29,323 nucleotides of DNA from a virus (taxonomy: Duplodnaviria; Caudoviricetes), in IMG/VR virus record IMGVR_UViG_3300033076_000817, positions 1 through 29,323 of that record; one strand, given 5' to 3'. This document shows, piece by piece, positions 16,099 through 25,271 of the stretch. Every line of letters starts with the position of its first letter. Position 1 is the stretch's first letter. The notes under the pieces are model-generated. The model saw nothing but the letters and a program-made list of their open reading frames with translations. It searched no databases and had not been told where the DNA came from. Made by a program: the position numbers and the translations under genes.

Positions 16099-16104
16099 CA
16101 GGTG

Positions 16105-16560
16105 TTACGAGAGCACCCGTTGAACGTTCGCGAACTTAAAGCGATAGACCGAGACGCTTTGCTCGGTGTCGCCTTCGGCGTTCGCCTTTGCGTCAACGTT
16201 GTGCGTGAAAATGCCTCCGTTCGCGATGTATTGGTCCGGCGAGACGCTGCCGGCGCCGTCGCCGATCCGCTTCACAAACTGGCCGACCAGAAGCTCGAAC
16301 GACGCAAAATCCTGAAGCTGCTGCTGAAGGATGGCGTCCATCGCCTTGTCGTCTGCCGAGCCGCGGATCAGACGCAGAGTCGCCTCGGCTTGCAAGCCGG
16401 TAGCGTTCGAGGCGAAGAGGCTGTTGCCGTTTTTGCCGGTCTTCACCTCCGCGAGCATGTTCGGGTAGGTGAGCGTGAACCAATCCCCGTCGGCGACATC
16501 GACGAGGTTGATGCCCGCAAGGACCGCCGTGTCGGCGCCCGTGAGTGAGAAGGAAGGCAT
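16105..16560 (-). CDS. Tail tube protein
   Basis: 151 aa directly after the sheath gene. DGDWFTLTYPN, TGKNGNS and ATLRLIRGSADD pattern. Confidence 0.8.
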   Translation of the reverse strand: MPSFSLTGADTAVLAGINLVDVADGDWFTLTYPNMLAEVKTGKNGNSLFASNATGLQAEATLRLIRGSADDKAMDAILQQQLQDFASFELLVGQFVKRIGDGAGSVSPDQYIANGGIFTHNVDAKANAEGDTEQSVSVYRFKFANVQRVLS

Positions 16561-16579
16561 GGATGGATTCTCCGGTGAG

Positions 16580-17737
16580 TTACTGGTTCACGCTGACCAC
16601 GACGTCGGAGCTTTGGATGGCGCCGGCATACTTGATCGCGATTTGGACAAGGGGGGCTTCGCGCGCTTCGCGGCTGGCCTGCGTCTGCTGGTTCACCGGC
16701 TGCGAATACATGTAGTAGCCGACGTTCAGCACATTGCGGCGCAGGTCGGACGGGTTGCCGAACAGCTCGGCGGAGTTCCAGACACCGGGGGCGACGAAGC
16801 CGTTGGCGACCGCTTGCTGGAGCACGTCAAGGTAGGCGCCCTTCAGCGTCGCCATGCCCGGCTCAGTCTGCGGGAGCTTGGTGCCGGTCGTGGTCAAGGC
16901 GTTAAAGCCCGCCACTTGCAACGCCGACACGATCCAGTCGAGGTTGTAGACGTTGTCGAAGTAGTCGTTGCCGGCGGTGCAAAACACCTTGCCGACATAC
17001 TGCGCACCGCCGCCGACGGACGGGTAGACGTCCACACCGACCGTTTTGCAGGTATTCAGGATCGTCTGGGTGATGCTCGTGTCCGAATCGACGCCGATGA
17101 GCGTCTTGCCGTGCATCGTCGCAGTCGTGTTGACGCCGTCGAAATTGGTCGAGAGCGCACGGCCGGCGTAAGCCGCCATCGCGAGGCGGGCGTTGAGCGC
17201 CGAGCCGCCGACCACATAGAGGAAGCAGCGGGTGTGACGCTCTTCGGCATCGGTGATCTTCCAGAAGAGGCCGGTCGTGGTGGTGAGGGACGATGTGAGG
17301 TGCGAGCTGGCGAACAGCTTGACCCCCTGGATTGACTGGACCGCCGTGGACGCCGCCAGCACTTCGGAGTCGTTCGGGGTGTAGCCCGCCCACATGGCGC
17401 CGCCGAAGAAGACGACGAGAATGCCGGCTTGGATGACGTCGGTGAGCGTGTCCCCGGACTGCATCGGGAAGATGATGAGCGAACCGCCGCCGTCGAGGAT
17501 GTTGGGCTCTTGGGAGAAAACCGCCACAGCCTGCGAATAGACTTCGCTGCCGGTGCCCCAGTCCGCAGCGACGTCCGCCGGGCTGACGTAGACGCCGGGG
17601 TTGCTCGCTGTGATCGCCACGTTGACGGGCGCCTCTTTGGTGAAAATGGCGAGGTTGTTGACGGCGTAGGAACGAAGCCCGACCGGAGGAGTCGAGACAG
17701 AGACATCGACGAAATTCGTGACGCTGATAAAGCTCAT
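16580..17737 (-). CDS. Tail sheath protein (DUF3383-like)
   Basis: YVSPADVAADWGTGSEVY, YFDNVYNLDW, KLPQTEPG, AVANGFVAPGVW, QASREAREAP...YAGAIQS motifs. Confidence 0.9.
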   Translation of the reverse strand: MSFISVTNFVDVSVSTPPVGLRSYAVNNLAIFTKEAPVNVAITASNPGVYVSPADVAADWGTGSEVYSQAVAVFSQEPNILDGGGSLIIFPMQSGDTLTDVIQAGILVVFFGGAMWAGYTPNDSEVLAASTAVQSIQGVKLFASSHLTSSLTTTTGLFWKITDAEERHTRCFLYVVGGSALNARLAMAAYAGRALSTNFDGVNTTATMHGKTLIGVDSDTSITQTILNTCKTVGVDVYPSVGGGAQYVGKVFCTAGNDYFDNVYNLDWIVSALQVAGFNALTTTGTKLPQTEPGMATLKGAYLDVLQQAVANGFVAPGVWNSAELFGNPSDLRRNVLNVGYYMYSQPVNQQTQASREAREAPLVQIAIKYAGAIQSSDVVVSVNQ

Positions 17738-17742
17738 GGCGG

Positions 17743-18249
17743 TTACTGGTTGGTGATGATCTCCGGGCCTCCGAAGGAGTCGAAGAACTGGGTGGGCTTG
17801 ACGTAGCTGTAAGCAGCGAGAAGCAGGAACGTCAAAGAGTATTTGTTCAGTCGAGCGGTGCCTTCGACGTCCGACACGTCGTTCATCGACACCGGGACTT
17901 GGCCGATCTTGATGGAGTTGGCTTCCTGCTGCTGTTGCGAGTAGGTGCTGACGAGCGCCGCCGGCACGCGCCAGTTGTTCACGCGCGCTTCCGATGACCG
18001 CGACATGAGCGTGGCCGAAATCATCTGCTGTTGATTCACCCGCTGCGTCTCCCGAAGCTCGTCGCTGACCGGGTTGTTCTCGTAGCGAGTGGATGCGCCG
18101 AACGTGCGGGAGCCGAGGAGCGACAACGTGACGTAGAGCCGGTCGTCCGGCGGGATGTCGAATTTCTGGTTGTAGAGCATCACTTGGTCCTCCTTCAGAC
18201 CAAGCTCCGATTGCAGGATGCCCGCGACGACTTTAATCGGTTCGTCCAT
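17743..18249 (-). CDS. Tail terminator / neck protein
   Basis: 168 aa immediately upstream of the sheath. Call rests mainly on synteny. Confidence 0.65.
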   Translation of the reverse strand: MDEPIKVVAGILQSELGLKEDQVMLYNQKFDIPPDDRLYVTLSLLGSRTFGASTRYENNPVSDELRETQRVNQQQMISATLMSRSSEARVNNWRVPAALVSTYSQQQQEANSIKIGQVPVSMNDVSDVEGTARLNKYSLTFLLLAAYSYVKPTQFFDSFGGPEIITNQ

Positions 18250-18637
18250 TGTAGTCCTGCACCAGTTCGTAGGAAATGTATCCGTAAGACGAATACTTGC
18301 GTTGACTCATCACGCGATAGCGGGTGCCGTTGACGTAGAACTCCTCGTCGTTCTTCAGCGCCACGTCGGGCGTCGTGTGGAGGAGTTGCCAGTCCCAGCT
18401 TCGTTGGCCTTCCGGTTTGATGCGCAGTTCGCGCGGACCGAACGGCTGGATCGTGCCACGGCAAGACAACTCCGACCGGGCTTCGATGATTTCGTGATCC
18501 ACGACCTGCTTCTGGACGCGCACGAGCACCAGGGGGCGGAAATACCCTTGCACGGTGCCGCTCATGTCAGGCAACTGCGAAGCCGACACCGACACCGGGA
18601 GCTTGTTCGCCGAGGGGATGCCGAGTTGCGGGATCAT
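18233..18637 (-). CDS. Head closure / head-tail adaptor protein
   Basis: GTIQP...LRIKPEGQR...VNGTRYRVMS...YSSYGY pattern. Located in the neck module. Confidence 0.7.
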   Translation of the reverse strand: MIPQLGIPSANKLPVSVSASQLPDMSGTVQGYFRPLVLVRVQKQVVDHEIIEARSELSCRGTIQPFGPRELRIKPEGQRSWDWQLLHTTPDVALKNDEEFYVNGTRYRVMSQRKYSSYGYISYELVQDYNGRTD

Positions 18638-19092
18638 ACGACGCGCGAACTAACTGCCTTCCGCAGTTGACCCGATTCGATGAGGATGGCCGAAGACTTC
18701 TTGCGCCGCTTGGTCTCGGGCTTGATGTCCGGCCACGCGCCCCAGCCTCGGGTCGCGAAGGACTCTTGCACGACGTCCTCGGCCACGGCGCCCACGATGC
18801 CGAGCGTCCGCTTCGCGCCGATCTTGCGCAGCGGTTCAACCCAGTTTTTCTGCCCAAGCGTGGGCGCGAGGTGGAGGGTAAGCGGCATTCGCAAGAACGA
18901 ACGTTCCGGGATAGTGCCTTGACCGAACTCGTGGACCTTGCCGAGCGTCGGATTGTCCGCGATCCGGCCCTTGTCCGCCGACCGTCCGGCGGTTTCTTGG
19001 AAGAGTCCTACCTGAACACGCCCCACCTCGAACTCCCCAAGCTGCTCTTGGAGTTTCTGGAGCGGCTGGAGGTTGAGAGTGACCTTGCTCAC
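18634..19092 (-). CDS. Neck / virion morphogenesis (tail completion) protein
   Basis: VQVG, VHEFG...IPERSFLR, TKRRKKSSAILIESGQLRKAV motifs. GTG start 19092 by GTGA overlap. Confidence 0.8.
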   Translation of the reverse strand: MSKVTLNLQPLQKLQEQLGEFEVGRVQVGLFQETAGRSADKGRIADNPTLGKVHEFGQGTIPERSFLRMPLTLHLAPTLGQKNWVEPLRKIGAKRTLGIVGAVAEDVVQESFATRGWGAWPDIKPETKRRKKSSAILIESGQLRKAVSSRVV

Positions 19093-19787
19093 GGGAGGGT
19101 GTAACGGTGGAACGGCGCCATGTTGGCGATGAGCTGCGGAGAAACCAGCTCCAAGAATTGCGCGCCGTAGGTGGTCTTGGAGAGCTTGGCGAGAAACGGG
19201 CTGTTGAGGACGCGCTTCGGGATGTCGAACGTCTGCGAGACGTCGCCGACAGACTTCGCCCGCGTCAGCCAATCGTCCTTGCCGAACAAACCTGTGCCGC
19301 CGGCAATCACCGTCTCGCAAAGGTAGTGCGCGGCGAGGAGATTGTAGGCGTAGGTGAACGCGGCTTGGGACGAGAACAAGCCCGCGTTGAGGTTGAACTG
19401 GGTTGCCGTGGTGATCCCGCGCGCGATGTCCCAGTCCGTCACCTTCTCGGTGTTGGTGTTGTCGCCCACCGCAAGATAGACGTAGGGCGCCGTCTGGTAG
19501 CCGTAGCCTGCGTTTGTGACGGCGATCGTGGAGACCGCGCCTGCGGTCAAAGAAGCGGTGGCAGTAGCCCCGAGGCCACCTCCACCGTAGATGACGACTC
19601 CGGGAGCCGTGGTCCCGTAGCCGGAACCGGCAGTGTCAACCGCGATGGCGGTGACACTGCCGGCGTCGTTGATGGACGCTGAAGCCGAGGCGTTCGTCAC
19701 CCCAGACGGGTTCAGAGGCGTAGCGTAGGGAAAATCCCTGACAAACTGCGCCTTGAACCCGCCAATGGTGGGGAGAACGTAGGCCAC
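19089..19787 (-). CDS. Head-tail connector (DUF4054-like) with inserted beta-repeat domain
   Basis: FKAQFVRDFP...YNLLAAHYL...KSVGDVSQTF...TTYGAQFLEL motifs, with an inserted AGSGY/AGYGY repeat. Confidence 0.8.
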   Translation of the reverse strand: MAYVLPTIGGFKAQFVRDFPYATPLNPSGVTNASASASINDAGSVTAIAVDTAGSGYGTTAPGVVIYGGGGLGATATASLTAGAVSTIAVTNAGYGYQTAPYVYLAVGDNTNTEKVTDWDIARGITTATQFNLNAGLFSSQAAFTYAYNLLAAHYLCETVIAGGTGLFGKDDWLTRAKSVGDVSQTFDIPKRVLNSPFLAKLSKTTYGAQFLELVSPQLIANMAPFHRYTLP

Positions 19788-19790
19788 GGA

Positions 19791-20096
19791 TCAGACGTCG
19801 TCGGTCGCGGGCTTGCCGCCCTTGGTCTTGCCGGCTTTCGCCGCAGCCAACTCGGCCTTCAGCTTCTCGATTTCGGCGTTCTTCTCCGCCACTACGGCGC
19901 TGAGACCGCCAAGCTCTTTCTGAGCCACAGCAGCCTCCACGACGTCGAGGGGATAGCTTTTGACGAGAAGTTCCGCCACGTCCGCGGGGATTTCCGAGAA
20001 CGTGGCCGGAGCGACCGTCCATTGGTTGTGGATGAACGACCGACGGCTACGATTGTAGACGCGGACCAGTTTCGGTTCAGGGGTCTTGTCAGCCAT
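19791..20096 (-). CDS. Hypothetical head-associated protein with C-terminal coiled coil
   Basis: 101 aa directly downstream of the capsid gene, with strong codon bias. Confidence 0.6.
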   Translation of the reverse strand: MADKTPEPKLVRVYNRSRRSFIHNQWTVAPATFSEIPADVAELLVKSYPLDVVEAAVAQKELGGLSAVVAEKNAEIEKLKAELAAAKAGKTKGGKPATDDV

Positions 20097-20109
20097 AGGA
20101 GGAGGAGGA

Positions 20110-21237
20110 TCAGGCGTTGTATTGGAACAGGAGCGTTTCGAGCGGCTTGTAGAAGCCGACGCCGGTCAACTGGCAGTAGGCGACGTCCTGGAAGTTGAAG
20201 TTGTCCATGCTGTTCGGCTGGGTGACGGTGAAGTCAACCGGCAGGTCGGCGCGGAGGGCCTTCGCGTCATACTTGTAGAGCGCGTAGGTGTATTTGTTGA
20301 TGCCGCGAAGCGAGTTCGAGGTGTCGGCGTCGCAGTAGGCATTGCCGACGATCTGGAAGTTCGGGTTGCCCGTCGCCGCCTTGAAGGCGTTCTCCAGGTA
20401 GGTGAGCATCGGCACCGGGAACGTGCCTGCGGAGCCCGGCGTGAGCACCTGAAGCCCGAGGTAGTCGGACATCGGAATGACGAAATGCGTGGGCATCGTC
20501 GTCTTGTTGGTGTTCACCCAGTAGGCGTTGATGAGGCCGGCGACGAACGTCTTGAAGTCCGCGGCGCTGAGACCATTGATCGGGGCCGTGATGAGCGACG
20601 TGTTGATGTTGGTCTGGGTGTTAACCAGCAGACCTTCCATGTTGCCGCTCTTGGTGCCCATGAACCAGATGAGCTGGAGACCGAGCTGGAACTTCTTGTG
20701 CCGGGCTTCGTGCTTGGCGGCGATGATGTCCCAGTTGGAGGCGACGAGGGCCTGCTCGATTTCGGCGAGGTTGTATTGGACCATGTCGTCCCAGATGAAG
20801 GTCGGGACGGAGATGGAATCCATCGACACCGTGGAGCCGGTGAGGCGGGCGTTGTGGGAGCCCTGACGGACGAGGCCAGCCTCGAAGTCGCCGGCATTCT
20901 GATAGACGCGGCGGGTGAGGATGTTGCCGGCCCACGCGCCATCGCCCACGGCGACGGGGATGAAGTCGGAGGGCTTGCGACCACCAAGCTCGTAGTAAGT
21001 CTGGGTAGACTCCTGCTGCTTGATGTAGGTCATCGTGTCGATGAGGATTTGGTAGCCCGTGGCGTTCTCGGGGCCGGTCGCCGCCGCGTTGAGGCGGAGG
21101 TCCAGACCGTGGGCGGGGTCGCCGTTCACGAACAGGGACTTGCCCGCCGTGTGGCGATTGGACAGGAAGATCGGCTCGCGCTCCTCGACGCCGGCACTGT
21201 TGAGACGGCCGGTGTTGCGGAAAAGGACGGATTTCAT
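20110..21237 (-). CDS. Major capsid protein (DUF2184-like, HK97 fold)
   Basis: 375 aa with FIPVAVGDGAW, QYNLAEIEQA, WFMG...GLL, PTHFVIP and TGVGFYKP motifs. Strongest codon bias in the window. Confidence 0.9.
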   Translation of the reverse strand: MKSVLFRNTGRLNSAGVEEREPIFLSNRHTAGKSLFVNGDPAHGLDLRLNAAATGPENATGYQILIDTMTYIKQQESTQTYYELGGRKPSDFIPVAVGDGAWAGNILTRRVYQNAGDFEAGLVRQGSHNARLTGSTVSMDSISVPTFIWDDMVQYNLAEIEQALVASNWDIIAAKHEARHKKFQLGLQLIWFMGTKSGNMEGLLVNTQTNINTSLITAPINGLSAADFKTFVAGLINAYWVNTNKTTMPTHFVIPMSDYLGLQVLTPGSAGTFPVPMLTYLENAFKAATGNPNFQIVGNAYCDADTSNSLRGINKYTYALYKYDAKALRADLPVDFTVTQPNSMDNFNFQDVAYCQLTGVGFYKPLETLLFQYNA

Positions 21238-21262
21238 GGTGTGGTGATCTGGGTGTTGAGGG

Positions 21263-21757
21263 TTAGACGCCCGAGTTGAACGACGGGGAAATCTGGACCC
21301 GGATGAGTTGGTTCGCGCCGGTCGCGGTGTCCACCGAGACGCCAGTCACGTATTGGGTGCTCGGGACGGAGACCGTGGTGACGAGCGGGTCGGCGGTGGT
21401 GGTCGAGGCAGTCGTCGTGACCTTGGCGCCGCGGGCGACAGCCGCCGAGGACTTGAGGTAGACGTAGCTGTTGACCTGCGCGACTTCGACGATGTCGCCG
21501 GCCGAGTAGATGTTCTTGCGCTCGTTGTAGGGGATCACGCCGAGGACGGGGCCGTCGGTGGGACCGGAGCAAACGTCCACGAGGATCGTGGAACTCGTGC
21601 CCGCGATCAACTTCACCACGTCGCCGACCTGGATGGTGGTGGCAGACGAGCTGGGATTGATCTGAGCGGTGATGACGTTGGGGGTGGGAACCACGTCCAC
21701 CTGGCCCAAAATAGGGGCCTGAGTGAACTGGTTCATAGCTTGACCGAGGAAGGGCAT
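21263..21757 (-). CDS. Capsid decoration / cement protein
   Basis: 164-aa beta-rich protein between protease and capsid genes, with an AGGAG RBS upstream. Confidence 0.7.
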   Translation of the reverse strand: MPFLGQAMNQFTQAPILGQVDVVPTPNVITAQINPSSSATTIQVGDVVKLIAGTSSTILVDVCSGPTDGPVLGVIPYNERKNIYSAGDIVEVAQVNSYVYLKSSAAVARGAKVTTTASTTTADPLVTTVSVPSTQYVTGVSVDTATGANQLIRVQISPSFNSGV

Positions 21758-21784
21758 GTTCGTGTTCTCCTTTTGGGCTGATGG

Positions 21785-22774
21785 TTAGTATTTCTTACGT
21801 CCGCGTTCGAGGCGATCAGCCATCGAATCGGAAGAGGGGGCGGTGGGCGTCGAGGTGCCGGCTTTCTGCGCGGCATTGAGGCGGGCGAACGCCTCGTCAT
21901 CGGCCTTCTTTTTCGCGGCGGCGTCGGCCTTGGCTTTCTCGTCCTCCGCAGCCGCGTTCTTGCGCGTGGAGCGGTAGGCTTCGATCAGCTCGTTCAGCTT
22001 CACCTTGCCGCAGCCTTCACCGCAGTCGATGAGTTCGTCACCCTTGAAGCCGGGCGTGGGGGCCTCGACCGCAGCCTTGGTCTGGTCCATCCAGAGCTTG
22101 CCGAGGTCGTTGAGGCGGGCAGTGAGCTTCTTGCCGTCCACTTCGGTCTCGATCAGGGTGTCCCCCGTGAGGTGGATGGTTTCGGTCTCGACCGACTCGA
22201 CGTGCTTGCCGTCCGCTCCGTTTTGGCGGAGGACGAAATTGCGGATGAATTTGAACAGGTTCATGGGTGAAGAATTGAAACGGAAAACCGCTTCCTCGTA
22301 TCGGGGTTTGTCCACGATCGCGAGGTGGTTGAACTTGATGCCGGTGATCTCACGGTCGTAGCGAATGCCGTGGTGTGTGCCACCAGGGCCCCACGATGTC
22401 ACGACGTATCCGCAGGACGGGCGCTTGAGCGCAATCATGCGCTTTGCCCGGTCGGTGTCGGCAACGCCCTTGACGTGATACCAGCCGGTCTCGGCGTTGA
22501 AGTAGTATTCGTGGACGATGCCCTCTTCGACGTCGGTCCGGTTCTCGGCGTTGACCATGACGTGCCCGACCGTGAGAGGGTTGCCCACTGCGGTCGCCAT
22601 GCAGCGGTCCAGAGTCTCTTTCTTGAGGAGTTCGAGACCGCCGCCTTGGTCGCGATAGTTGACGAGGCCCGGCTCGATGAACTTGCAATCGAATCGCTTC
22701 CCGTCGGATGCGATGTTGAACCGCTCAAGCGTCGCTTGGCGGAGAACAGTTTCGACTTCGATGGCGGTGCTCAC
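21785..22774 (-). CDS. Prohead protease-scaffold fusion (DUF2213-like)
   Basis: PLTVGH, SCGY, YD..ITGIKFNHLAIVDKPR motifs and a charged Ala/Lys-rich C-terminal scaffold. GTG start 22774 by GTGA overlap. Confidence 0.85.
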   Translation of the reverse strand: MSTAIEVETVLRQATLERFNIASDGKRFDCKFIEPGLVNYRDQGGGLELLKKETLDRCMATAVGNPLTVGHVMVNAENRTDVEEGIVHEYYFNAETGWYHVKGVADTDRAKRMIALKRPSCGYVVTSWGPGGTHHGIRYDREITGIKFNHLAIVDKPRYEEAVFRFNSSPMNLFKFIRNFVLRQNGADGKHVESVETETIHLTGDTLIETEVDGKKLTARLNDLGKLWMDQTKAAVEAPTPGFKGDELIDCGEGCGKVKLNELIEAYRSTRKNAAAEDEKAKADAAAKKKADDEAFARLNAAQKAGTSTPTAPSSDSMADRLERGRKKY

Positions 22775-23772
22775 TCGGAGAAGGTGAAGATGGGGCGTGC
22801 TACGCAACGGCAAGGCCCATAGTCCTCGCCGGGATGCCGGCGCCGGCCGGTCGCGGAGTCAACCACCGGAGGCTCGTTCCACGAAAACGTGCGGCCATCA
22901 AGGGAACGGTGGTCGTTGCTTTCTCCGTGAGTGGGTCGGACTTTTTCGTCTCCGGCAGTTTGCCAGACGTAGCGGGTGCTGCCGAGTTCCTGATAGCGAC
23001 GTTGGCGAAACCGGGAGACGAGGATCGACGTTTCGGCGTCGGCGATGATGCGGGCTTTGCGCTGGGCAACGCCGAATTCGACCTCGATGATCTTGGCGAG
23101 GCGATCGGTGCGGGCACCACCTGAAAGGTTTTCCTGGACTCGGGCACGTAGCTTGCGGGCGGTTTCTTCGGTGAAGTTCTTGATCGCGAAGTCCGTTTGC
23201 GCGGCGACTTCCTGAACCAACTCCGTCTTCAATCCCTCGGGGACTGGCGTCGGTTTGGGTAGTTCAGGGACCGCCGCAACGGTCTTCACGAACTGTGCCT
23301 GCGCGTCTTTGATGATTATGTCAACAGCCTTCGCGTAAGGGATGCCCGGCGACGCTTTCGGGGCGTTGCCGATCAGCGCGGCAAGGAATGCCAGCACCTC
23401 CTCATGAGTCTCCTTGCCGCGACGCAACGACGTTGCAATAGCGCCGCGAATCTGGATCGGGATGTCGCCTTGCGCGATGGCGAATCCGTCTCCACGCCGA
23501 GTGGCGCCGATGGCCCGAAGCGCCTTGCTGATCGCGGCGTTGAACTTCCCCGAGAACACGCCGTCCGCATACCAGATGGTGCCGGCCATGAGCGCGGCCC
23601 AAAGCACAGAATAGTCGTCGTCGTCCGTCGGAGCGGCGTTTTCCCGCTGAATGCGCGACGTAATTTCGCGGAGCGGATCAAACAGCACCTCGCGAAAATA
23701 CGACATCACCTCGTTTTCGAGGACTGCCGTGTAGCCGTCTTTGTGGACGACCGGCTCAACCGTGATCTTCAC
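22771..23772 (-). CDS. Head morphogenesis protein (Mu gpF / SPP1 gp7 family)
   Basis: KARIIADAET, YVWQTAGDEKVRPTH, LDGRTFSW, HPGEDYGPCRCVARP motifs. GTG start 23772 by GTGA overlap. Confidence 0.9.
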   Translation of the reverse strand: MKITVEPVVHKDGYTAVLENEVMSYFREVLFDPLREITSRIQRENAAPTDDDDYSVLWAALMAGTIWYADGVFSGKFNAAISKALRAIGATRRGDGFAIAQGDIPIQIRGAIATSLRRGKETHEEVLAFLAALIGNAPKASPGIPYAKAVDIIIKDAQAQFVKTVAAVPELPKPTPVPEGLKTELVQEVAAQTDFAIKNFTEETARKLRARVQENLSGGARTDRLAKIIEVEFGVAQRKARIIADAETSILVSRFRQRRYQELGSTRYVWQTAGDEKVRPTHGESNDHRSLDGRTFSWNEPPVVDSATGRRRHPGEDYGPCRCVARPIFTFSE

Positions 23773-25223
23773 TTCTCCGCCTTGGCCGGTTTCTCTTTGG
23801 CCTTCGCCTCGGCCTGTTCCTTTTGCGCGGCGAGAGCCTTGTCCGACGGATCGCCTTGGTTCGGCAGCGTGGGCTCCACGTCGCGGAGACCTTGCGAAAC
23901 CTCGGTGTCGATAGGCAACAACCCTTCGGTGCGAAGGAGAGTGCTTGCCTCGCGGCCGGTGACGAGGCGATCGCGGAACATTTCGAGGATACGAGCCTGC
24001 TTCGACGTCAGGACTTTCTCCTGCTCCACGCCGTCCAACACGCGAAGCGGTTGCCAGACGATTTCGTAGTCGGGGATGAAGCCGAACAACTGCTGGCACC
24101 GCAGGTCCACCACCTCGGTCACGAGCGGCTCGGCGTCCGTGCGGACCCCCTCAACAATGGAGTTGTAGTTCTCCAGTGCGTCCTCGCCGCCGCCGAAACC
24201 TGTGGCGCTCTCTCCGAACAGCTTGTTCATCGGAATCTTCAATGCCGACGAGAGGTTGAGCCGGAGCTGCTGCCAAATCTCGGCAAGGCCGGACCAAGTG
24301 ATCTGCTTCTGGTCGTATTCGTCCTCCTTGTCCATCGCGAGGGCATTCTGGAAGTTCTTCAACTGGTTCGACAGTTGGATGCGCCGCTGGGTGTTCGCGG
24401 TGCCGTCCTCGGTAAGCAACGAGTCGTTGAACCCTTGGATGCGGTAGACGTCGATCTTGGCCTCGTCCAGAAGCTCGAAGATCAAAGACTCGAATTTGAC
24501 GAAGGCGTTGATCGGCCGGATGCACCGCTCGATTTCGCTCATGCCCCAACCCTGGAGACGAAGGCGGATGTAGGACGGCGCCTCAACCCCCGAGACCTTC
24601 ACGACGCGGGAGTAGTGGATGGGCAGACCGTAGAAGTTGTAGGGAACCGGATTGCTCGTGTTGTAGACGTTGGTCTGCGACAGGATCAGTTCCCAGCGGT
24701 CGGCGGCGATGAACTCCAGCGGCGACTCGGGGGTGATGGCGTCCACGTCCAGCTCCGACGAATAGTTCTGGTTCGTGTTGATGATGAGGCCGGCGCCGCC
24801 GTAGAGCCGCGACCAATTCAGCGTGTCCATGATGACTCGCAGGTCGGAGTTGCCGAGGTTGATCGCCGCGTTCGGGTTCACCTTGCGGGCGAGCTTGCGC
24901 GTCGCAGCGTCCCGCTTGCGCGACCGGCGGAGGGTGTTGAGGAGGAGCGTCAGGTCCGCGTCGTCGAGTTCGGACGACTTGATCTGGATGCCGCCGCGGA
25001 AAGCGTCGTTCACCGGCTGGGTGATGACCGTCTGGATCAACCCCTGCGTCATGTAGGCGTAGGAGAGGAGAATCCGGTTCAGCGACAACGGCGTGTAGCT
25101 GTTGTTCAGCGACAGCGGGAAAGGCGACGACAGGGTGGTGGACCAGCCGGGGCCGACCGGCGCGACTTGGTTCACGAGGTCGATCAGGCTGTTCATACGG
25201 GCTGTGTCGGGGGCGGCTACCAT
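23769..25223 (-). CDS. Portal protein (DUF1073-like)
   Basis: WSRLYGGAG, IHYSRV, GWGMS, IPMNKLFGES..G..G motifs. ATG 25223 is preferred because TTG 25259 coincides with a -35 box. Confidence 0.9.
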   Translation of the reverse strand: MVAAPDTARMNSLIDLVNQVAPVGPGWSTTLSSPFPLSLNNSYTPLSLNRILLSYAYMTQGLIQTVITQPVNDAFRGGIQIKSSELDDADLTLLLNTLRRSRKRDAATRKLARKVNPNAAINLGNSDLRVIMDTLNWSRLYGGAGLIINTNQNYSSELDVDAITPESPLEFIAADRWELILSQTNVYNTSNPVPYNFYGLPIHYSRVVKVSGVEAPSYIRLRLQGWGMSEIERCIRPINAFVKFESLIFELLDEAKIDVYRIQGFNDSLLTEDGTANTQRRIQLSNQLKNFQNALAMDKEDEYDQKQITWSGLAEIWQQLRLNLSSALKIPMNKLFGESATGFGGGEDALENYNSIVEGVRTDAEPLVTEVVDLRCQQLFGFIPDYEIVWQPLRVLDGVEQEKVLTSKQARILEMFRDRLVTGREASTLLRTEGLLPIDTEVSQGLRDVEPTLPNQGDPSDKALAAQKEQAEAKAKEKPAKAEK

Positions 25224-25259
25224 GCCGCCGCTTGTGCCAACGTCGAACGGGAGGTGCAA
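25224..25259 (-). promoter_or_regulatory. Putative leaderless sigma70-type promoter for the portal/head operon
   Basis: TTGCAC-17 nt-(TGn)CACAAG-7 nt-ATG, the same geometry as the promoter at 29235-29270. Confidence 0.5.
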
Positions 25260-25271
25260 GGCGAAAGAGAC

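Noticed and set aside
23769-25223. Anti-CBASS Acb1 annotation sometimes attached to DUF1073 proteins
   Set aside because: Size, position and motifs indicate a plain portal, and no fused phosphoesterase domain with paired HxT motifs is apparent.
25224-25240. Sigma54 promoter (TTGGCAC on the minus strand before the portal)
   Set aside because: There is no TTGC -12 element at the required spacing, and a sigma70-type geometry fits better.
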